DNA of 64,000 nucleotides, taken from contig JBAWWL010000005.1 in assembly GCA_037146775.1 (NCBI GenBank), positions 102,241 to 166,240 on the forward strand. Reading direction: 5' to 3'. The notes below the pieces were generated by a model. It had not been told where the DNA came from. It saw only the letters and a list, made by a program, of their open reading frames with translations, and made no database searches. Both the position numbers and the translations under genes were made by a program. This document shows, in pieces, positions 57,428 to 64,000 of this stretch; position 1 is the stretch's first letter; each line of letters opens with the position of its first letter. This DNA is from Candidatus Omnitrophota bacterium (lineage in GTDB: Bacteria; Omnitrophota; Gorgyraeia; Duberdicusellales; 4484-171).

Positions 57428-57590
57428 AAACTCTAAATCCTAAACCCTAAATAAACTCAAAATGAGCCAAACCCAAAACCCACAACGAGATGAATTAAGA
57501 CAAAAGCCTTGTATTTTTTAATGTTTTGAGTTTGGGGTTTGATATTTTGGATTTGTTTAGAGTTTAGAGTTTCGGGTTTAGAGTTTAAAA
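57428..57590. repeat. Heptamer-built palindromic repeat family, copy III (longest)
   Basis: Left arm 'aaaCTCTAAATCCTAAACCCTAAAtaaactcaaaa...'. Right arm '...ttttgagtttggggtttgat...gTTTAGAGTTTAGAGTTTcgggTTTAGAGttt'. Arms of about 60 nt each around an approximately 35-nt loop. Confidence 0.5.
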
Positions 57591-57639
57591 AAACAGAAGA
57601 TAGTTTTGACAATACCGAAATTATAAAGAGGAGGCATTT

Positions 57640-59331
57640 ATGCTTACCTATATGAGAAAAAATATCAAAGCATGTACCAGCCATAACGGCCAGGTTGCGG
57701 TGTATTTTATCGGAGCTATGGCCACCTTAGTGGTAGTGGCTTTTATTATTATTAATATAGGTAAGACTGCCAAAGATAAAACTCATGCGGATAATGCCGC
57801 TGACGCAGCAGCCTTAGCCGGCTGCTCAGTCATGGCTACTTCCTTTAATTATTCTTCTCATGATAACAGTAATGAGCCTCGAGGCGTTGGCGTGCCCGGG
57901 CCAGCAGCAAGTACGGGTTCTCAGGTATCCCTTTCTAATTCCGGCTATAAAGCTGCCATAGGAGGCATGATGCACCGGCATTTCCAACAGGCGCGTAATG
58001 AGTATAAACGCAAAGCTACAGAAGCTAAACGTAAAGCCAGAAAAAATTCTATGGAACGCTCAAACGAGAACCAAACTTCTATGTATGACCCGAGCGCTTT
58101 TGCTGCAGAGAGCGCGGATTATCAAGCTTCCAAAGAAGGCGAAGCCAACCGTTTTAATATCGAACAACAACAGATAGCAGCTGAAGAGTGGAAAGCTTGG
58201 TCTGACCAGCAATATATGGCAAGGTCGTATACTGTTGATAAGCCTGGTTTTGGTTTTGCCGGGACCGGAGGCTCTGTCGGGTTAAGCGGCACTAGTAGGG
58301 TCGCATCTCTTAGTAACGTGCCTACCCCTCAGCCTAGCGATGGTGACGCGGGAGTCGGTGATCCTTATGGTGAAAATGCTGCTTCATCTGGAGAGGCAAA
58401 ATCTTCAGATTACCACAGCCAAGCTTTAGTAGTAGCCTATAAAGTTCTTTTTCAGAATGCGGGCATTCATCACCGTTTGGGCCGTTTAACCAGCAAGATG
58501 TATGAAAAGTTCTTAGAGGGTATTAGCGAGGGAACCGTGCAAAGCGGTATGCCGCTTACTTTCTGGTGGGTGGATGGTGCTGCGCGTTTTCACATGGTGA
58601 CTGGCGTGGTAGAAATCGAATCTGCCAACAAGCATCAAAAAAGAACTACTCCTGGTGGCGGCGCTGGCGCTGCTTCAGTAGCTGCCAGTTTATCTTCTGG
58701 TTGGAAAGGAAAATTTGCTATGACTGGCATTATGGGTTTGCGTATGTCTTCCATGCAATCAGCCACCGGCTATAGCACCCATACCGGACTCAATTCCACT
58801 GCTAAAGGTCATGATATTACCGCCCAGAACCCTTGTTTGTACCCGATCTTCCGGCCCTTAGGTATGGCTACTTCAGGTGCGGCTGAGGGAACTGCGCGTG
58901 GCCAGGGAGATACGCCCAGTGAAATGCATCAGGCTTTAAACGGCGGTGACGCTTTGCCTACTGCTGGTTTAGTCAGTGCTGGATCAAGTCCGATGGGAGC
59001 GGCTTCTATGAAGCTTGCGGTAGGGGGCGGCCCCACTAGCGGAGATCCTACGTATGCTGGTACCATGAGTGACGGAACTCCTAGCGACGATAATGCGGTG
59101 AGAGATGATGAGATTGTTAATTCCCGTATGGTTATGGCTTCCTGTTTTCAGTTTCATATGGGTAGCCCCATTAAAGGCATTGCTGCGGATATCGATGTAA
59201 TGACTTTTTATCCGCCGGTGGTAAGCATGGCAGTAGCCAGCTTTAACTATACTGGTATGGGCAACATTGCTCGTGCTAGTGGCGATGGTTCTGATGCGCG
59301 GCATGAATGCGGCTTGGTAGCAGCATTCTAA
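57640..59331 (+). CDS. TadG-like pilus-assembly protein (TadE/G-like N-terminus, large Gly/Ala/Ser-rich C-terminal region)
   Basis: N-terminal 'NGQVAVYFIGAMATLVVVAFIIINIGKTAKDKTHADNAADAAALAG' matches the TadG-like motif (...QxAADAAALAGA). Confidence 0.6.
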   Translation: MLTYMRKNIKACTSHNGQVAVYFIGAMATLVVVAFIIINIGKTAKDKTHADNAADAAALAGCSVMATSFNYSSHDNSNEPRGVGVPGPAASTGSQVSLSNSGYKAAIGGMMHRHFQQARNEYKRKATEAKRKARKNSMERSNENQTSMYDPSAFAAESADYQASKEGEANRFNIEQQQIAAEEWKAWSDQQYMARSYTVDKPGFGFAGTGGSVGLSGTSRVASLSNVPTPQPSDGDAGVGDPYGENAASSGEAKSSDYHSQALVVAYKVLFQNAGIHHRLGRLTSKMYEKFLEGISEGTVQSGMPLTFWWVDGAARFHMVTGVVEIESANKHQKRTTPGGGAGAASVAASLSSGWKGKFAMTGIMGLRMSSMQSATGYSTHTGLNSTAKGHDITAQNPCLYPIFRPLGMATSGAAEGTARGQGDTPSEMHQALNGGDALPTAGLVSAGSSPMGAASMKLAVGGGPTSGDPTYAGTMSDGTPSDDNAVRDDEIVNSRMVMASCFQFHMGSPIKGIAADIDVMTFYPPVVSMAVASFNYTGMGNIARASGDGSDARHECGLVAAF

Positions 59332-59346
59332 AGCAGGCAGCTGGCT

Positions 59347-60237
59347 ATGAAAAATTATAAATTTTTTATTTTTGGTTTCTTTCTTCTATTTTTCCTGCCT
59401 TTTTTAGCCGAAAGCCAAACAGCTCCCCCTGACACCCCGGCATTCCCCTTACCTATGCATACTGAAAAAATCGGAGAAAGAACCGAAGAGGTTGACGGAT
59501 TTGTTAATACTTTTTACCAATATTTTTCTCAGCTTTCTAGCCAAGAAATTATTGAATTTTACCGTAATGCATTAGTCGAGCAGGGCTTAGAGGAGGTAGA
59601 GGTCTCTCCAGGTCCGGCTTCCGTTGCAGTACATTTTGCTAAAGGTAAAAGCAGAATTGTTTTCGTAGTACTTTATATTTGGAATAAGCCGCTCGACCAG
59701 TGGGCCAAGGAAGATGAAGGAAAGACCGTATATTTTCTCAATGTTTTCGATAATCGCGATGTTTTACAGCTGGCTAACGCCGAATTTAAATATCCGGACA
59801 GGCTTAGCTTCGCTCCGGTGTATCCCCAAGCCAAGCAGTTTTGTTTACGCGATGAGCCTTCTAAATGGAAAGTTGCTGCTTACTTAAGCGACGGCGAGGT
59901 TGAAAAAATAGCTAACTTTTATATGAAAGAAATGCCGCAGTATAATTGGAAGTTTACCGGTACCAATAGTTATGAAAGCAACCAGAATATTGTCGACGCT
60001 CTCTTAAACGGCGACCCTAACCCGAAAAAACTTTCCGGAGAAGAAATGATGCCGGGAGTAACCGTAGACGTGAAAGGAGCCACTTTAACGTATGCACAAG
60101 GAGACGGTAAACGTTGTGCTATCAATATTATGCAGTTTCGTGATCCGCCGGACGTGCTCGCGCAGCACAGAATTAACCCGAGTGCTTTTAAAAAATACGG
60201 CAATATTTATATCAGTTTAGTGGTGTATGACCAGTGA
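59347..60237 (+). CDS. Secreted protein, paralog family member 1 (unknown function)
   Basis: Signal peptide 'MKNYKFFIFGFFLLFFLPFLAES'. Shares 'xxFYRNALVEQG...' and the C-terminal pattern with the 60453 and 61307 proteins. Confidence 0.55.
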   Translation: MKNYKFFIFGFFLLFFLPFLAESQTAPPDTPAFPLPMHTEKIGERTEEVDGFVNTFYQYFSQLSSQEIIEFYRNALVEQGLEEVEVSPGPASVAVHFAKGKSRIVFVVLYIWNKPLDQWAKEDEGKTVYFLNVFDNRDVLQLANAEFKYPDRLSFAPVYPQAKQFCLRDEPSKWKVAAYLSDGEVEKIANFYMKEMPQYNWKFTGTNSYESNQNIVDALLNGDPNPKKLSGEEMMPGVTVDVKGATLTYAQGDGKRCAINIMQFRDPPDVLAQHRINPSAFKKYGNIYISLVVYDQ

Positions 60238-60282
60238 AATTTTACTTGTGTATGGAATAGTTTACAATAAAATATAAATGGT

Positions 60283-60450
60283 AGTTATGAAAAATAAAAG
60301 ATCCAAATCTCAGGCAATACTCACCTACGCAGCGCTTATCGCTATCGTCATTACCGTGCTTATTATTATGTGGGGCTATATCCAGCGCCGAGTGCAGGGT
60401 GTGTACCAGGCAGCTGGCGATTCTATCGGCGAAGGCGAGCAGAAAGATTA
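60283..60450 (+). CDS. Flp-like prepilin 12 (55 aa, below ORF-track cutoff)
   Basis: Manual translation gives 'MVVMKNKRSKS|QAILTYAALIAIVITVLIIMWGYIQRRVQG...'. Confidence 0.5.
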
Positions 60451-60452
60451 AC

Positions 60453-61295
60453 GTGGCTTTTAAAAAATATATAACAAGCTTATTCTTCCTGATAACTTTT
60501 TTTCTGCAATGTTTTGTGTGTGCGGCTGACTTGCCTTGTCCCGCTTCAAGTGAATTAGTCCAACAATCACAACAGGATACCGCGAATATGAATAATACGA
60601 GCTATGAATACCGCTCCAAACTTTCTAAAGAAGAAATAACTTCCTTTTACCGTACCCTATTTCTTACACAAGGCATGAAAGAAAATCCTGCCACAAAAGA
60701 TACTCTGGTATTTGCAAAATTCCCCCAAAAAATAGTGACCATTACTTTTAGCTCGGATCCGGACGGCCAAGTACGTTTTATGTTTACGAAAAGCGAGTTT
60801 ACCAAGATGCAAATTGTGCCTACCCAGGATTTCAAAAGTCCGCAAACTCTCGATTTTATGCCTACCTATACCCAAAGCCAACAATTTGTCTATAACACTT
60901 TTTACTATCCGATGATCGGCATAGCGTATCTTTCGCGCAGCCAACCCGATGATGTGGCTGGTTTTTATACCAAAAGAATGTCTTCTTTTGGCTGGCAGCT
61001 GGCTTCCGATACACCGCAGCAGGGAACGTACGATCTTTTTGCCTGGATAAGGGTAATTGATCCCTTCACCAAGGCAATACCAATGCTTCAGGTTACCGGA
61101 TATCAGGAATTGGCTCCGCCGCTTAAGCTTCGCGGTAGAACGCTGACCTTTAAACAGGAGGGCAAAAGCTGCACTATTACCATTTATAAATTCGAAGATA
61201 TTATTGCTAAGGCTCAAGGTACTGCCTGGGATGCGAGTCCTTTTCAGCAATATGGCGATACGGTTATTGCGGTGTATTATTTTTCAAAAACATAA
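60453..61295 (+). CDS. Secreted protein, paralog family member 2
   Basis: A GTG start just after the prepilin-12 stop gives the signal peptide 'VAFKKYITSLFFLITFFLQCFVCAA'. 'SFYRTLFLTQGM' and the end '...VIAVYYFSK' parallel member 1. The longer ATG ORF (60399) overlaps the prepilin gene. Confidence 0.5.
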   Translation: MAFKKYITSLFFLITFFLQCFVCAADLPCPASSELVQQSQQDTANMNNTSYEYRSKLSKEEITSFYRTLFLTQGMKENPATKDTLVFAKFPQKIVTITFSSDPDGQVRFMFTKSEFTKMQIVPTQDFKSPQTLDFMPTYTQSQQFVYNTFYYPMIGIAYLSRSQPDDVAGFYTKRMSSFGWQLASDTPQQGTYDLFAWIRVIDPFTKAIPMLQVTGYQELAPPLKLRGRTLTFKQEGKSCTITIYKFEDIIAKAQGTAWDASPFQQYGDTVIAVYYFSKT

Positions 61296-61306
61296 AGAGG
61301 TGAACC

Positions 61307-61804
61307 ATGGACTATAAACGCGTTATTTTTTTATTCGCTTGGTTTTTTGTTTTTATTGCTGCCATGACTCAAACCGAAAAGCTTACAAAGCTTACCCCGC
61401 GTAATACCGAATTAATTGACCGCCGGCAGCAAAAACCAGAGCAGTATGTTACGGTAACAAACTATAAGTATGCTACCTTAGCTCGCCAAGACGAAGTAGT
61501 GCAATTTTATCGCAAAATGTTTACAAACGACGGCTTTTCTGAAGTACGTGGCTATTCGCCTGATGGCCAGTCTCAGGGGCCCATTCCACAGTCTCAGTCG
61601 TTCTTTTTCTTTACCAAGCCCAATACTATGGTTATGCTCAATTTGCTTCTACAGCAAGAGAGGGGCCGGCATATTTACTATGTTACCGTCAACGAACTTG
61701 ATTCCAAAGCCGCTAAAACTTTTGTTAATGAAATGAATCAAAATACGGGTGCCCAAGAAGGACCTCTTGAGTCTGAAGCAACCGAGGTAACTCCGCAAGA
61801 GTAA
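61307..61804 (+). CDS. Secreted protein, short paralog family member 3
   Basis: Signal peptide 'MDYKRVIFLFAWFFVFIAAMTQT'. 'VQFYRKMFTNDGFSE' shares the FYR motif with members 1 and 2. Confidence 0.5.
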   Translation: MDYKRVIFLFAWFFVFIAAMTQTEKLTKLTPRNTELIDRRQQKPEQYVTVTNYKYATLARQDEVVQFYRKMFTNDGFSEVRGYSPDGQSQGPIPQSQSFFFFTKPNTMVMLNLLLQQERGRHIYYVTVNELDSKAAKTFVNEMNQNTGAQEGPLESEATEVTPQE

Positions 61805-61989
61805 AAAAAGAAGAAACGAAGAGTATATTTTTGCCCGCTTTTTTGCCAGAGCGTTATGCGAGGCACTCCTCATTTCCTTTTTGATCCAAAAATTTGCATT
61901 AGAAAGTGATTGGCGTGTTTTACCCATTGAAAGGGTTGTGGTTGTGCAATAATTTTCTGCACTAAAGAAGTGCAGGCAAATCTTGGGAT

Positions 61990-62130
61990 TACCCCGCCGT
62001 TTTCCAAAATTTCCATAGCCCAGCAGGCTGCCCTACGGGCGCCTGTTGGTTAGAAATTTCGGCGGTGGCCCTTCGGACAGATTTTTCCTGCTCCCGAAGG
62101 GAGCGAAAAAAATCTGGGTTGATCTCTTTT
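61990..62130. other. Structured stem-loop element (family A/B/C, copy B)
   Basis: 'taccccgcc...aaatttc...gaaatttcggcggtggcccttcggac agatttttcctgctcccgaagggagcgaaaaaaatct' has the same stem order as copy A, with compensatory differences and an inserted hairpin. Confidence 0.3.
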
Positions 62131-62787
62131 TACACTATTGTCAGGCCCAAGCTTCCTGGTTAGCCGCCATCACAAGAATCACACTTCCTAAAATCAAGTA
62201 AAATCAAGGGTCAAACCTCAAAACTAAAAACTAGCTTTTTGACAGGGAAAAATGAACCTATTTTTATAAGGATAAAGTTGAGGGCGGGAGACAAGTTTCT
62301 CTCTATTTATCAAACAAGGCGCGTAGATAGTAAAAATTTTGGTGTAAAATTTTATTTCTTGGTAAACAACAAAAAGATCAGGTAATAAACAATAACCATA
62401 ACCAGAAAGGCTATTATATGGTTTTGATTGCCGTTGCACACTGAAGGTAAGATGAGATCAAGGCTTATGAGTTTAAAATAGTTTAAATGCCTGGCCGTGC
62501 CCTCGGTGATGGTGCGTCCAATCACGATACCAATGTGTACTGCTGCGGAAAGCAAAATTAATTTGAAAAAAGCATCTATAAACCGGTTTGCTGTTATTTT
62601 TGCCATTGATGTATAGACCTCCTTTTATGCTATTGTAGCACTTTTTGACCACGAAGCAATTTGCGATTGAAAAGTGCGGAAAAAAAACGTATAATAAATG
62701 TAATAATCATAGAGACTATAATAAGTATATACCCGTTCGTAAAAAAACTATAGTCCCGAAGCCGTAACGCTATACAAAGGAGAGAGC

Positions 62788-63633
62788 GTGTTATATTTTT
62801 CTTACATTCTGCTTACTGCCGCAATCGTTATATTTTCTTACTACGGCGTAACGATGGCATTAAAGCAGTGGGACCAAACCCAGAAGCGCCGCGCAGAAGA
62901 AGTTACCTCCCAGTTCGAGAACATGTTTATCTTCATTAACAAGAAGATGCTTCTTCTTCTCTTTCCTATTGTTGCGCTGGCTCTGGCAGCCCTGGGTTAT
63001 ATCTTTACGAAAAAATGGTGGATTGGCGCCGTTCTTTTAGCGGTCGGTTTTTTAGCCCCTTCCTGGGTCATGCATCAGCTTGACCAGCGCCGCCGGAAGA
63101 AATTTGTCCTGCAGCTGGTGGACGGCCTGATGATTATGAACAGCTGTTTAAAGGGAGGCCTTACCTTAACTCAATCGTTTGAGGTTTTAGCCGAGGAGAT
63201 GGCTCCGCCGCTAAGCCATGAGGCGGCGCTCTTAAACCGCGAGATTAAAGTCGGCGTCACACTCGAAGAGGCGCTTTTGCGTCTTGAGCGCAGGATGCCG
63301 TCGGAAGAAATGACCTTAGTTACTTCAGCGGTATTGGTGGCGAGAGAGACCGGAGGAGATCTTACAAAAGTATTTTCGCGATTAGTTGAAACCATCCGTG
63401 ATAGGATTAAACTTCGCGAGCTTGTTACCACACTCACCTTGCAGGCGCGCCTGCAATCCATTGTAATTTCACTCTTGGGCCCTGTATTTTTTATAACGGT
63501 GCGTAAAATACAACCTACGCATTTTGATATCATGATGCAGGATGATCTGGGGCGAATGCTTTTAGGTATTGCGCTTATTTTGCAGATACTAGGTATTGTG
63601 TTGATTGTTATCTTTGGAAAGATAGAAGTATGA
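62788..63633 (+). CDS. tadB: Tad pilus inner-membrane platform protein TadB (GspF-like domain)
   Basis: N-terminal TM, a cytoplasmic T2SSF-like helical domain ('...FEVLAEEMAPPLSHEAALLNREIKVGVTLEEALLRLERRMP...') and C-terminal TMs. Confidence 0.75.
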   Translation: MLYFSYILLTAAIVIFSYYGVTMALKQWDQTQKRRAEEVTSQFENMFIFINKKMLLLLFPIVALALAALGYIFTKKWWIGAVLLAVGFLAPSWVMHQLDQRRRKKFVLQLVDGLMIMNSCLKGGLTLTQSFEVLAEEMAPPLSHEAALLNREIKVGVTLEEALLRLERRMPSEEMTLVTSAVLVARETGGDLTKVFSRLVETIRDRIKLRELVTTLTLQARLQSIVISLLGPVFFITVRKIQPTHFDIMMQDDLGRMLLGIALILQILGIVLIVIFGKIEV

Positions 63634-64000
63634 TTTGGCTTGCTTCGTTATTATTGGTTGCTGGTTTTGTGATTTTTTTTATCGGTTTATATCCGCGGCC
63701 GTCAGAGACGATCTCTATTTTCGGCAAAAATATAAAAGAATCGGAATCCCTATTTTCTTTTTTCTTAAGCCCCTTTGCGCCTCTCAATGAAGGCCTTTTG
63801 AAAATTTTCCGAGTAGACAAAGCGCTTAAAGATAAATTATATTTGGCACGTTGGAGGACTACCGCGGCTGAATTTCTCGCCGCTAAGGAATTACTTGCAA
63901 TTTTTTTACCGCTCATTCTCTTCCTTTTCGGGGTCAATAATGTCTGGTTCTTGCTGGCTGCCGGCGCTTTCGGTTTCGTATTTCCTGAGTTACTCATCAA
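63630..64000 (+). CDS. tadC: Tad pilus platform protein TadC (partial, runs off window end)
   Basis: ATG overlaps the tadB stop (ATGA). 'MIWLASLLLVAGFVIFFIGLYPRP...LYLARWRTTAAEFLAAKELLAIFLPLILFLF' is a TM plus T2SSF-like helical domain. No stop before position 64000. The ORF track shows only the antisense frame. Confidence 0.6.
   Translation, partial: MIWLASLLLVAGFVIFFIGLYPRPSETISIFGKNIKESESLFSFFLSPFAPLNEGLLKIFRVDKALKDKLYLARWRTTAAEFLAAKELLAIFLPLILFLFGVNNVWFLLAAGAFGFVFPELLI

Noticed and set aside
57428-57590. Telomere-like CCCTAAA heptamers
   Set aside because: Only 3-4 degenerate heptamers appear per arm, arranged as an inverted repeat in a bacterial intergenic region. This is not a telomeric array.
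14935-57590. CRISPR array
   Set aside because: The short repeats are heptamers within palindromes and lack regular 25-40 nt repeat/spacer periodicity. No cas genes were seen.
62352-62606. 84-aa minus-strand membrane ORF considered as prepilin peptidase TadV
   Set aside because: It is too short and lacks the A24 catalytic Asp and GGD motifs. It is kept only as a possible small membrane protein.
63608-64000. 130-aa minus-strand ORF from the track
   Set aside because: It is antisense to the tadC reading frame, which is translationally coupled (ATGA) to tadB and has clear T2SSF-like sequence.

Overview
This 64 kb window reads as a gene-dense chromosomal segment from a Gram-negative-type anaerobe with roughly mid-40s % GC. 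Almost all genes are on the + strand. No rRNA, tRNA, CRISPR array or clear transposase/integrase was seen. The content, in order, is as follows.

- **Metal-regulator cluster (63-4976).** A DtxR-FeoA repressor and a CsoR/RcnR-type repressor sit next to a secreted porin-like protein, an FMN-binding protein, a lipoprotein and a MacB-like ABC pair.
- **Thiamine operon (6445-9278).** thi4, thiM and thiE lie behind a clear TPP riboswitch with a terminator expression platform.
- **Anaerobe oxidative-stress island (10425-15947).** It holds a Tpx-PCD fusion, DJ-1/PfpI, a signal-peptide SOR-like protein, rubredoxin, a flavodiiron protein, a ferritin-like diiron protein, glutaredoxin, an FmdB zinc ribbon and a TrxB-like reductase.
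- **Central metabolism and housekeeping.** This includes pckG (GTP), purC, two MFS transporters, a ZIP transporter, EtfB and a ferredoxin-EtfA fusion, SMC, a GAF-GGDEF protein (minus strand), queA, an EF-G paralog translationally coupled to a degenerate YchF-like protein, purH, folC, mnmE, folE, pcrA/uvrD (minus), two CNNM/DUF21-CBS proteins, a PIN-domain protein (minus) and a parvulin lipoprotein.
- **Tad/Flp pilus locus (45011 to window end).** It contains cpaB, a secretin with a C-terminal TonB-like domain, a TadZ(CpaE)-TadA(CpaF) fusion and a second TadA. It also contains a 483-aa unknown, an array of about 12 Flp-like prepilin genes, TadE-like and TadG-like proteins, three paralogous secreted proteins, tadB and a partial tadC.

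Several non-coding repeat or structured-element families recur:
- heptamer-built palindromes ((CTCTAAA)n/(TTTAGAG)n arms) in three copies;
- a roughly 140-170 nt structured element in two copies, before thiM and before the ZIP transporter;
- a smaller stem-loop family in three copies;
- an exact 13-mer palindromic motif in the translation-initiation region of purH (ending 12 nt before its start codon) and in the folE 5' leader.

The Tad locus, with its expanded pilin repertoire and fused components, is the best candidate for a novel system.
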